Under the pieces are notes generated by a model. The model did no database searches and had not been told where the DNA came from. It was given only the letters and a program-made list of their open reading frames with translations. A stretch of 63,987 nucleotides of DNA, counting the filler, from Cirrosporium novae-zelandiae (Eukaryota): the NCBI GenBank assembly GCA_026023565.1. It is 4 parts of 4 records of this genome, joined end to end, with 100 filler letters (N's around TTAATTAATTAA, not from the genome) between each part and the next. Parts side by side here need not be neighbours in the genome. Positions count along the whole stretch, not along the records: positions 1 to 24,399 come from JAPETS010000087.1; 3 more parts are not named here. One strand, written 5' to 3'. Position 1 is the stretch's first letter. The number at the start of each line of letters is the position of its first letter. This document shows, piece by piece, positions 1 through 12,185 of the stretch. A program made the position numbers and the translations under genes.

Positions 1-127
1 CTAACCCTAACCCTAACCCTAACCCTAACCCTAACCCTAACCCTAACCCTAACCCTAACCCTAACCCTAACCCTAACCCTAACCCTAACCCTAACCCTAA
101 CCCTAACCCTAACCCTAACCCTAACCC
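1..127. repeat. Telomeric repeat array (CCCTAA)n, left chromosome end
   Basis: About 21 perfect CCCTAA units at the start of the window; TTAGGG-type telomere typical of filamentous ascomycetes. Confidence 0.98.
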
Positions 128-472
128 GTGTTATTTATATTAAAAAATATTTATTTTTAAATTTTGATGTTCTTGCCTTTTCTTCACTTTAAAATCTAGC
201 CCTCGACCTTTTTTCCCTATAGATTATATATTCCTTTGCCTCACTAGTCTACCACACTGCCTGTACCAAGCGCTGCCTTTACAAGACTATTAGGGTATAA
301 ATCCTAGGCTCATTTTAGTTTAGAGGATCATCAATCTATATATTACCTAAATCAGAACTTTAGGTATTTTATGACCTGAGGCTCCCTGACATTTAATATA
401 ATTCATGATTTCCTTCGAGCAGTTATCTCAGCCCTAGTTTCTGTCCTCACCTGTTTATATAAACGTTTAACC

Positions 473-1621
473 TTATAACTCTTTTATAATAGGAACAGTG
501 TCGACATAAAGAAAAGGCATCATTGATATAGGATGACGATCGCCTGAGACCTCTGCAGCATCAACCATTTGTCGAATCTCCGCGATCTCGTTCTCTGTTA
601 GCTTTATCTTCAAGCTGCTGATATTTTCATCCAGATTTCCCGCTTTGGTAGTCCCAGGAATAGGGATAATGTTGTCCCCAACGGACATTAGCCAAGCGAG
701 TGTTAATTGCCCGCTAGTACAGCCCTTCTTTCTTGCTAATTCTGCAATCTGTTCAACCAACGCTAGATTTTTAGGAAAGTTCTCTTTTGAAAAGCGAGGT
801 AGAACTCGTCTGCGATCGTTGCCGTCGAAATCATTGTAGCTTTTAAGCTTCCCTGTCAGAAATCCACGACTGAGTGGCGAATATGCAACAACAGCAACAC
901 CAAGCGCACTGCAGGCTTCGAGGAGCCCATTGTGTGCACTTTCCATGGCAAAAGGAGAAAGCTCAATCTGGACAGCCGCAATGTGGTGCACCTTGCAAGC
1001 TCGGCGAAGAGTCTCAGCTGAGCATTCACTCAATCCGAGGAACTTTATCTTGCCTTCGTTCTTCAATTCTGCCATTGTGGCCACCGTAGTCTCAATTGGC
1101 TGCTTTGGATCAATTCGGTGGCAGTAGTAGAGGTCAATACTGTCTCCTGAATCCAACCCTAGCCGTTGGTGGCTCTTTCGACAAGCTTCTCTGATGTATT
1201 CAGGATCATTGCGAATGGCCGAAGGAGCTCCAGGCCTTTGTATAATTCCAAATTTTGTAGCAAGGATCACATCTTTGCGTTTGCCGCTTTGCTTGAACCA
1301 CCTATAAAATATATAATTAGTCTATTATGTAGAAGTGCTGTATTGAAACTGGAATGTGCTTACTTCCCCAGCAGATCCTCATTGTCGGCATAAACATCTG
1401 CAGTGTCCCAAAACCTGACTCCAGACTCATATGCATAATCCAAAAACTTCAGTCGATCTACATCAGGCAATCGCTTACCATAGAACATTGACAGGCCCAT
1501 GAGGCCGAGCCCTTAAGAATGCTTGTTAGCCTAGCCCACTCCTCATAAAGATGGTCACACCTTGAGCAGATACTAAAGGGCCATTCCGCCCAAGCTGTCG
1601 AGTGGGAAGTGCTGTAGACAT
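473..1621 (-). CDS. Aldo-keto reductase (YakC/pyridoxal-reductase-like), 3 exons
   Basis: Spliced reading MSTALPTRQLGRNGPLVSAQGLGLMGLS...FWDTADVY...ILATKFG...IDLYYCHRID...YSPLSRG...IPIPGT; two GT-AG introns near 1512-1560 and 1302-1364. Confidence 0.93.
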
Positions 1622-2861
1622 TTCTAAGTATATCTAGAAGGATAAGGTAGAGTTGCAATGTAAATAAATGAGATTGAGGATAATGGCAACTGCTTGACAA
1701 TGCAAGATAATATAGTTCCTCCAATTGACCCTTGTCAACAACCGATCAGGCTACGTGAGATCAAGAGCGTGACTTTGAGAAGAGGTAATCAGAATTAATG
1801 AACATGTGTATCTCCAACTATTCAGAAAACCTTTCAGGAGGATCACGGAGCTCTTAGTCTTATAAACCTTCGAAGATCCCCTATAAAAAAATATAGTCTA
1901 AGTAAAATCGTCATTTTCAATTAAGCCTAGGATCTATTACTAAACTATATCGAAGTCTTATTTCCGGTAAATACACTTACCTTTAATGTGTAGTCGCTAA
2001 AAATTCAAAGTCCCCCTCGGTAATTCTGACCAATACATTTATTTCTTTTACATCAATAAAAGGGACATGGGACTCGTAAAAACTCCTATATTTCTAAGCC
2101 AACTTTAACTTGACCTTAAAATTATTTTACAATTTACATCCAGCTATCGACAATTCTGTCCAATACCTTTCACCTATAACATCTATACACAATTGACATT
2201 ACCTAAATGTACACGTACGCAGGATTACTACGAAGGGCCTAAAGGAACCAAGAAGATATGACTCATAAAATCTTAACACTTTCCATGAAATTCATTAACC
2301 TTACTCGAGAGGACTTAGCTTTATGCAACTAGCGAGAATAATGGGTATGATCTAAGACCTGGAGCTGATCCAACAACGGACGGGTGATCAAGGTATTGCA
2401 TACATAATATTGACTTTTTAGATAGGCCCCTCGTGGTCTATAGCTAAGTACTTAATACTCCTTGTACCATTCTGTAGTTACAACGGTTCGCTTACAAGCA
2501 AAGATAAAATATTAAGAGGGTATATCCCAATGCTCTAATCTCAACTCTCAATTTTGCTATTGCTGAAGACACCGCTAAAGAGGTTATACCCGATTTTGCT
2601 AGAAGGGCTTTTGAGATTATCCAAGCATTTTTGATTCACTCATATAGCAAGAGGCTTGTATCAAGTTTTGTGACTGGAAGGTTGGACTAGTCGTTGATGG
2701 GACACGATTTTAGATACAGTGATGGTCCAAAAATAGACCTCGATTGTAAAAAATATCCTATTCTTTATGCTAAGATGGACCTTAATCTATCTAAGCAGCC
2801 GAAGCATGAGTATAATTGGTTTTGATCTTCCAGTTATATTCTCAACATTGCTCCCACGACA

Positions 2862-4078
2862 TTATGGGAAACGTATGACAACTTTCGTTTCTTCATGACG
2901 ATTAAATCGAGCATAGGCTTCTGGTGCTTCCTCAATTCCAACCTGGCTGCTGATAATGAAACTTACGTTGGCCTTGCCTGTGGCAATTAACTCCATTAGT
3001 TGGGGGGCCACAAGCCTTGGATCTACACCACCACCTCTGAAGCTCAGACCTTTGCGGAAGAAGCTACCAATTGGAAAAGCTATATCAGGTGATATCTCAC
3101 CGCCAAGAGGAGTGCCAGTGCTATTTTGCGTATTCGAATAAATGCCAGCTACACCCATTCCTCCTCCTCGGGCTGTCACGTTAACCATGTTCCTGATGAC
3201 GACATGTTCATCAGGCTTAAGCTGGCTGTTGAAAGCTTCGAACCCAACACAATCAACGCTTCGAGTTACGCCGTCAGGCTCCAGAGTCAGTATTTGCTCT
3301 GCGGGATCCGAGTCCCTGAAATTGATCGGGATGGCTCCGAATGAGGCAGCTAGGTCGAGACGTTTTGTGACATAGTCGACTATGTATACTCTGGAAGCAC
3401 CCCGCAACGTCGCAGAGTATGCAGAAAGTAGTCCTACTGGTCCCGCGCCGAAAATAGCGACCGTATCTCCAGATTCAAACCCGGCAAAGTCAAGAGCCGT
3501 CCAACCAGTAGCAAAGATATCAGAAACAAAAAGATAGTCGGTCTCCTCGGAAGCATTTGTAGCGTTATTCGTAGAGTTGCTCGTAGCATTGCTCGACGCA
3601 GGGAGAGGCATGAGGTTTTCGTCTGCATATGGAACTCGGACATACTCAGCTTGATTGGGAAAGAACGTTAGCAAAAGAATAGAAGACAGCTAATACTGCA
3701 CGGACCTTGACAACCACCAAGGTCGCCTCTATCTGGTCCCATTCCAAACGGATATGCTGTTAAAGGTTCCAAGCTGAAGGCTCCTGAGTCGTTCATGTCT
3801 GATATAACAACATGGTCGCCAAGTTGGAGTGCGTGTACTGCATCACCAATATCTGATATGTATCCAATTGCCTCATGGCCCATTGACCACGGTGGGGTTG
3901 TGCTTCCATAGTGGCCTCGATAAGTGTGAAGGTCTGTCCCGCAAATTCCTGCCGCTGTTACACGAACAATTGCGTCAGTTGAACTTTGGATAGTGGGTAT
4001 TGGAAGGGTCGAAACGGTGACATTGAAAGGGGTGCCTGTCCAAAGGACCGCCTTCATAGTTGCTGAGGTGAGAGACAT
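2862..4078 (-). CDS. Zn-dependent medium-chain dehydrogenase (glutathione-independent formaldehyde dehydrogenase-like), 2 exons
   Basis: GICGTDLH, GHEAIG, GGCQ/AEYVRVP, SDIFATG and GAGPVG motifs; intron near 3651-3705; TATAAAA about 100 bp upstream. Confidence 0.9.
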
Positions 4079-4513
4079 GACCGAGGTGATTATGTGCAAG
4101 TCAAGTTGACTAAAAAACGAATCGAGGGATGGTCAATGATGGCAGGAGGTAAGATGAGCTACATGAGCCGTATTTTATACTTGTAGCGAGCTATAGGTAG
4201 TACTTGGTTGAGACTCAGTTTCTCGAGTTGGGTCCTGTTTTCCAAATTGTCAGGATACCTGTGCAAGGCCTTGGCTGTTCTTGTCTGGCAATGTTTCCCC
4301 TTGGCAATGAGTTCAGCCAAGCAACACAAGGACTCGGATGAGGTTGTGAATATGGAAATTCTATACCATGACGATAAGAATTACCTCAAAATCCATACTT
4401 ATAGTGCTAAAGCCGGAATCGCAAATAGCTGTAAACTCCAGGAACAGAGTTAAAGTGCCCAAGTAGATTTATCACCAAGGCGTGTGTTATCTCCACCACT
4501 AAAAGATACCTAA

Positions 4514-4640
4514 CTCACTTTGCCTGTATATCCTTATTGTCGGTATAAACATCTGCAGAATGCCAGAATCTAACTATAGAGTCGTACGTATAATTCGAAA
4601 TTCCAGTCGATCTATACCAAACAATCATTTACTATAGACA
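4514..4640 (-). pseudogene. Degenerate relic of aldo-keto reductase exon 2
   Basis: Aligns by eye with 1358-1488 (tccttattgtcggtataaacatctgcag vs tcctcattgtcggcataaacatctgcag), with many C>T and G>A differences. Confidence 0.7.
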
Positions 4641-4783
4641 TCTTCGAGATAATCTTGAAGGATCAGATACCGTAACAATTATTCCAAATGAAGGTAATAC
4701 AATTCTTCACTTGAGCGTCTTCACATGGTTCGGACTTAAGCTCCGGATCGTCTTCCACGAATGGTCGTCTGGGCAATACTTGG

Positions 4784-4866
4784 TAGATTCCCTTTCGGCA
4801 ATTTCGACCAATAGATTTCTTTCGGTAATTTTGACCAATAGGTTTCCTTCGGCAATTCTGACCAAT
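4784..4866. repeat. 27-bp tandem repeat, 3 copies
   Basis: tagattccctttcggcaatttcgaccaa / tagatttctttcggtaattttgaccaa / taggtttccttcggcaattctgaccaa. Confidence 0.8.
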
Positions 4867-5479
4867 ACATTGTGTCTATCATGTAGGATACTCTTCTTAT
4901 CCACATCTTTTTATCCGAACCTTAACTTTGGAGCACGAATCATCCCAACGTTCTCACTTTTTTTTTTAAATCCGACTTCTAGGGTAAAGGAGATGAGGAA
5001 TTTCAGAGCTAATTCTTCTTCAGCCGACGAAAGATCTGTTTCATTTCCATATTTCGGCCGATGAGATCTTCTTGATCCCTGTCCCGGGAACTGAAGCCTT
5101 GTAGATTATCTACCTCTCTTCTGAATTAACGTCATTAAAGTCGCTGCTTCTTCAGCTCCCGTATATATATTATCCTTTCCACCGTATATTATCAATAATT
5201 TGACGGGCTTTTCCTTTTCTTTTATTTGGTTGATTCACTGCGTCTTCTGGCTGACGCAATTTCCCGAGGTTTTATCCTTACTCCGACACAGACCCCTTAG
5301 GCTTCGCGAAATAGCCATTGCAAATACCTGGCTGAGCTTTTTGTTTCTAGCCTCTTGAGATTGTTTGAACCGTATTCTATCCTCCACAGTTTAGGAAATC
5401 CTGATTCAACCAACCAGTTTGCAAACTGTTTCAGCACAAACCGACCAGATTGTCTATAGAAGCCAATACATATCTGAGG

Positions 5480-6947
5480 ATGAGTAAACCTTGCAATGCC
5501 GAGGAACTTCAAAATTACACCACCGAAAGCCATATCCCAAAAGAAAAGCAGAGTGGTGCTACCAATAACATATATAATGAGAATACAAATCAGAATTCCT
5601 CGCAGATTTCAGTTGAATCTAGCCCAAAGATAGAGAACCACCCTCACGACCAATCTTCGGCCAGCAACGTCGATTCCGTACCCGACGGTGGCTTTCTAGC
5701 ATGGCTACAAGTTGTAGGCGCATTCTTCTTGTTCTTTAACACTTGGTGAGTTACGAGATGCAAGGCATTGCACGGTCTTAAGATTAGCATATGCACTAAT
5801 CATGATATATTATAGGGGTATAATCAATTCATACGGCGCTTATCAGACTTATTATGAAGAAGATCTACTTATGAGTTCCGATTCCTCGGCTATTTCCTGG
5901 ATAGGATCCATTCAGTCCTTCTTGATCATGTTCATTGGGGCTGGGACTGGACCACTTTACGATGCGGGTTACTTCCGAGCGCTGATCATCACAGGCACGG
6001 CTCTGGTGGTCTTTGGGCACATGATGCTTAGCCTCTGCACGGTATACTGGCAAGTGTTGCTTGCGCAAGGCTTCTGCATTGCCATTGGGTCCGGTGCTCT
6101 TTTTTTGCCCGGTGTCGCAATTCTTTCCACGTACTTCACCACTAAGATCTCCTTCGCGGTCGGCATTGCAGCCTCGGGTAGCAGTATCGGTGGCGTTGTC
6201 TATCCCGTCATTTTTCGCGAGCTGCAACCCAAGATCGGCTTCGCCTGGACGGTGCGCGTAACGGGCTTCATTTTATTGGCCACATTGCTAGTATCTAATG
6301 CTGTTATGAAAGTTCGTGTACTACCTGCTGGCCGGCGTAAGATTGTCGATTGGTCGGCCTTCAAAGAGCTTCCTTACACTCTATTCAACCTGGGCAGTTT
6401 CCTTTCCTTCATGGGTCTCTACACCCCGTTCTACTATATTCAGCTCTTTGCTATTGATCAACACATAACAAGCTCTGGTTCCGGTCTTGCCTTCTACCTC
6501 CTGGCCATCATAAATGCCGCGTCCACTTTCGGCCGCATCATCCCAAATTTTCTCGCCGACAAAACTGGTCCTTTCAATATGATGGTACCGTGCGCTTTAA
6601 TCTCCAGTATCCTCATCCTATGTCTCTTGTCCATCACCAAACTAGGACCACTGTTGGCTTTCTGCGTCTTGTATGGATTTTTCTCCGGCTCTTTCGTCTC
6701 TCTCATGCCCTCTATCCTTGTCTTACTATCCCCAAATCCTTCTCTTGTTGGGACAAGAATGGGCATGAGCTTTAGTATGGTTGCCATCGGCTTGCTGATC
6801 GGCACGCCAATAGCGGGCGCAATTCTCAACGACCATGGCTTTGGCGCAGTCTGGATTTATGGAGGTATATTCACTGCAGCAGGAAGCGGAGTCGTTTTTC
6901 TTGCCAGGAATTTTAGGGTCCGTTGGAGAATCATCTCTAAAACATGA
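5480..6947 (+). CDS. MFS transporter, monocarboxylate-transporter (MCH-like) family, 2 exons
   Basis: PDGGFLAWLQVVGAFFLFFNTW/GIINSYGAYQ N-terminus, ISWIGSIQ, GPLYDAGY, about 12 hydrophobic segments; intron near 5746-5815. Confidence 0.93.
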
Positions 6948-7727
6948 AAGCTTTTAACGCGTCAGAAAGCTTACTGAGCTTTTCAAAACTCCTTTTCCAC
7001 TTCATACTTTGTGAAAAATACATTAGCTTTTAGTATTGGTCTCATTGAAATATGTTACCCATTTATGAGTAGCAAAATGAGATTCCTTTTTTCCTTGTCT
7101 TCTCTTCCTCCATCTCTTTCTTTTGAAAGGATTCAGGTTATAGCCATTGATGGTTACCTTATTCCTTTACAGATCGAAAGCAGCTATTTCATGAAATTAT
7201 AATGGAGAGAATAGAGACCAAAAATAAGGATAACATAGAACGTAGACTGGCAGTCATCATCAAATCTGTTCGCATGCGACCTGCTATCCTCGGGTGCTAT
7301 GTCTTTATGATCCTCCTTTGATCTACAAATAGGTGTGTATTACGCGTGGGTCGATTTACTAAGAGCTAAATTATCTCCTAGAGGATGCTCTACTAATAAT
7401 GACGAAATACTTCGACTGTGATGCAATCGCCAGAGCTGTCATCATCGTCGCCACTATCCTCGACTCTCGTTCCTCTTTCTTGAGCTCCTCTTTCTTGAGC
7501 TCCTCTTTTATTTATTTCCTGCACTCTGCTCTCGTCGTCCTTCATCCTAGGTTTGGCTTCCTGCTCCTCCTCTTCCTCCTCTAAATTCATGTCTACGTCT
7601 AAATGTATCCTAGCATATCAGAAAGTCGTCATCTTGCATCGCAGGAAATGCCATTAAATAAATTATTAATCTTTGTATTATGTCAACGGCTAGAAGAGAA
7701 ACTATAGAGGCAGGTCTAAGCTAAGCT

Positions 7728-9207
7728 CTATGCTTTCTGATGACCACAAGAACATTTTCTCGACCCGTTGTTTCCACCCTTCATAATCGTCTCGTTCCAC
7801 CGGTAAATCAGTTCTTTCTCGCCCTCCAGTATCCCCAATGCTTCCCTTTGTGACCTGTCTTCTTCAAAATCCTTCTTCATCTTCAACGCCGTCGTATCGT
7901 CCGACAGGATCTTCCAGGCCGTAGCCGCCAAACTCTTCCCGATAGTCAAGGTGCGGTTAAAGGCTTCTTCTGTCCCAGCAGCGTCGTGGAATCCGATTGT
8001 ATGATTTGCACAGCCTGGTCCAGCGGGGATTCCATATGAGGGCTGGAAAGCTGGCACGATGTAACTGACATTACCTTGGTCGGTGGACGCTGGCATAAGG
8101 CTGGGGTTGACGAAATCGCAGTACACAGGGTAGTTTATTTTCGCTGATTCTTCAGTGAAGACAGAGCAAATAGTCTTGTTTGGCCGCATATCAGCGTAGA
8201 GTATGCCATCAGTGATCTCAACCGTGCAAGCTGTAGCAGTGGCTGCAGCTTCAAAGCAATCCACAACACGCTGCTTGAGTATTCGCAGCTTCTCAAGTGA
8301 GGGTGCTCGAACGGCATATTCTAAGGCGGAGTAGTCGGGGATGATGTTCTCTTTCACTCCACCATTGATAATAACGCCATGTATCCGAAAATCTGGATGA
8401 GTCTGTTGTCGTAGCATGCTGATCGCGTTGTATGCCATCACGGCGGCATCCAGAGCGTTGCGACCCTCCCATGGAGAAGCAGCCGCGTGTGCGTTTTTGC
8501 CGCTAAATGCCACAGTAAATTTATCAATTGCGTTGTGTTGTAAATACACCTTTGCATTGAATTCTTTTCCATATCCTCGATACAGCGGTGCAGGATGTGC
8601 TATCAAACATGCATCGACAGATTTGTAGGCGCCGTGGTTGATCAAAGCAATCTTACCACCGCCGCCTTCCTCAGCCGGAGTACCTAGAAGCCGGACACGA
8701 CCAGATATTTTGGATACTTTGAGTTGTTCGGCAGCTCCTAAAAATGCAGCAAAAGACGCAATGGCAATGAGATTATGACCGCAAGCATGACCAATGCCTG
8801 GCAGGGAATCATACTCAGCATTGAAGACGAGAACACGGCCTCCACTGCCCTGTGCATACTCGGCCTCGAACGAAGTAGGAATGCCGTACGCATGAGGCGT
8901 GACCTTGAAGCCAAGGTTGACTAGTAATTCCACGCACGCATCATGGGCTTTATGTTCTTCGTAGCAGAGTTCAGGGTTTCTATATACCTGAACACGGCTG
9001 TCTTAGAACTTGGAGGTATTGATATTCTGGATTGGCAATGACCGCCCAAGATGGAGATAATGGAGAGGGAAATTTTCAACTAACCAGGTAGTTGAGCACT
9101 TTTAGTTCAGCTCGGTGATGCTCGATCGTCTCACCAATTATGCGATTGCTGCTTAGATCATAGCGTTTGACGCCATTGACTTGCTCCACTAGGTTCAAGG
9201 TAGTCAT
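7728..9207 (-). CDS. Peptidase M20 family amidohydrolase (PM20D2/AbgB-like), 2 exons
   Basis: NPELCYEE, NAEYDSLPGIGHACGHN, GTPAEEGGGGK, HAAASPWEGRNALDA and STDQGNVS motifs. Confidence 0.93.
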
Positions 9208-9780
9208 CTCTTCAATGTTATAGAAGATAAAAAAGGTACCTCAAGTCTAGAGGGACCCTGAATAATATCCTTTTTATGACTGGCTGGAAAGTCTGGCTGG
9301 AAGAAGAGCAAAATCTGGATTTATATATTTACAAACTCCTCGCTAGATAAGGTTGCCTTTGAAATTTCTTGCCAATTGAACTGAAAGCTCGATAGTAACA
9401 CCATATTTCATTCTATTATTGGTATGTTTATGGTGTCTAGTGATACGATCCTCGGCTAATAATTTCTGTCTTGGATGGCGAACAAGGTTGTGGATATGAG
9501 AGGCCGCCATTGGTCATATTATCCGATGGAATTACTACTCAAGTACTTGCTAACTCGTGCAATGATTCGATAAGATTTTGCAGAGTTCGAATCGGGTTAG
9601 CTTAGCGACCGTGCTCGAATCTCAAGGATCATCTCTCGTTGCCTCTTCTCGATCACGCTGAGCTATCCCAGTAATCAATATCTTACCTAGGCATAATTAT
9701 CAACAACCTATGTTGAACGAGTTTAATGTATCCACTATCTACCGACTAAATAGGGGAAAGGTTCCGAAACAGGGCTAACA

Positions 9781-11617
9781 ATGATGATGACAAACCCAAC
9801 GCCACCAGAGGTCCAACCACCTTCGACTAGACGAAAGAAGCGATCAAAGAACGGTTGTCTGAATTGCCTTGCTGCGAAGGTAAAGTGCTCTGAGAGTGAT
9901 CCCAGCTGTGCCAGATGTAATCGATTGGGGTCTATATGTGAGTGGCGAAAGCCAACTCCTTCTCTCAAACAACGTCGTCGAGGTTATGGTCCGCTAAAGA
10001 GGAGGACGTCGTTCACCCCAACACCAATTCAAGCCCGAGAGAAACCCTCGCTATATGAGGACTCCCTAGTCAGTTTAATGTCTAGTAGAGCTCCTCAATA
10101 CGATTCTGCTCAGCTGTCTGGCGTTGATGACCAAGAAGGCTGCAGCACTACCCAAACCAGGCCACTATGCACATCCCCGGAAGAAGAGCAACGGCTAGTA
10201 GTTGAAAAACAACCTTATACCAATGAATTTTTCATCTTTGACCAGTTTGCACCAACTGCAGTCTCTGCAGACGCCTGTCAACCCGCATTTTATCCACGTC
10301 CTGTCGACGTCTATCATGATCTAAGTACTTCTTCTTTTGTATCCGCTTCTTCAATAGTGTTCGCAGAGCCCGAGTGTCGAGCACTCCATCATTACCAGAA
10401 TGTGCTAGCAAAAGGTTACACTTCAAAAAACCGGTCATGTTCGACTTTGGACGTTATTTTTCGGTTGGGGAGGGATAATCCTACCATCATGCATTTAATT
10501 CTTGCAGCTTCGCTTGCACAGTTATCTCAGTCTGATGGCAGTCGAAATCTTTGGCAATGCGGAAAGATTCATTTTCAGTTAGGGTCACAACGCTTGATAG
10601 GCGGATTGGACAACCTGCTCACCGACCACTCTATAACTATGGCTGCCTTCTGGTTGGTGCAATTTACATTTGGCATAGTTTGGGGCAGAAATGGCATTGT
10701 TAGTATGAGGCAACTTAGTAAAGCCGTTGCCAAGTACGCAAGGGACCATCGCCTTTTCGACCTGTTCTCATCGAATAACGTCTCACCAACGTGCAATATT
10801 TCTGAGCTAAGCCTCCTTGCAAGGTTCATGGTTTGGTTCTTGTATGCAGATGTCGAAGCGGAGTTCTACAATGCAGGGGGGGAGTACTCGACTTTGTTCT
10901 GCATCAACAAGGAAATTGCTAAAAAGGTCTACCAAACGTCTCAGATGTCTCTAGAGAAGTTCTACAAAAATGACTATCCTCTTGCTGAGATCGCGGATGA
11001 CTATGATAAATCTTCTCCTCTCGGCTTACGTTTCGAGGTTACTCTTCTGTTACACGAAATCAATAGATCGGTTCAACAAGCTGCCACTTTTGATGCTTTT
11101 AAAAAGTTAGAGGAAGGCCTTGAAGAGCTCCAGAAGGTATAGCCGAGATCTCATACGCTGATTGACTTCTATGTTGCTAATGAATACGATATTATAGCAC
11201 GCTTCGAGTCTTCAACGCGCAGTTGATGACATACCTCACCAATGTGGTCGACTCAGAGACGCGATCGATGCCATACAGAGCTTGTACTACGCGGTCCGTA
11301 TTTATAACATTCGGTGTCTACTCCCTAGCCTAGTGACTGTTGACATGAAGGAGCAACGGAAGACATATGTACAGGCCCTTTTAGAACGTGCGCAACGCGT
11401 GATCGTTTATAGGCCTGTGATGGTAAACACATGGGTTCAGTGGCCGCTATTCATGGCCGGGATTGAGACTGATGACTCCATCCACCGAGATTGGATCATG
11501 AACAAGCTTAAAGGGTGCAAACTTTCCCAGGTTTTGCCGATTATCTTATTAAATCAAAGGTGTAGTTTAAAAGAATCACCTATTAGTTTCATTCGTGATC
11601 AATGCTCTAAAACATAA
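9781..11617 (+). CDS. Zn(II)2Cys6 transcription factor with fungal-specific C-terminal domain, 2 exons
   Basis: CLNCLAAKVKCSESDPSCARCNRLGSIC binuclear cluster; C-terminal WPLFMAGIET; intron near 11138-11198. Confidence 0.92.
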
Positions 11618-12185
11618 TTTGCACCTTATTGTTTAACAGGACTAGAATGCTTTATCCTCTTCTTCCGTTTCCTCTGCATCTAGTGTCTTTGCCTCACCTT
11701 TGCTTCTTCTTGCTTTTCCCATCTTCAACTGCTTCACTATCCACTTCCAATCTATTTCCCATATCTTCTATGACTTTAATCATTGCTGGATTGGCCAAAT
11801 CTCCGGTAAAAATCCAAGCCTGTTATCTGGGAAATTCTATGGCGAGGACGTCTTGCGCTTGTGGATCTGCTCTCTTCTAATGTTCTTCGAATATATGTTT
11901 CCGGAACTAATAGGAGATTTCTACCAGCTTTGAATAAAGATCTCGTAACAAAATGATTAAAGTGTATCTTTATAATTATAGAACATAAAAGACTTTTTAA
12001 GATTTTCATATAAATAGCAAGATTGTAGATATAAAACTAGTAGTAGAATTGGATCCATGTGTTATTCTACAACAAGCTTGCCACAGCATGCACTTTGCTC
12101 ATATACACAAATCCGAGCGTTCCTTCGATTCCGTGAACCTAGCAAGTCTCATCCGCTTCCTTCGCATTTCATCTACCAAAATAAG

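Noticed and set aside
7393..7590. Acidic low-complexity ORF with ERGAQ repeats
   Set aside because: Short, no recognisable domain; more likely a decayed repeat or gene remnant
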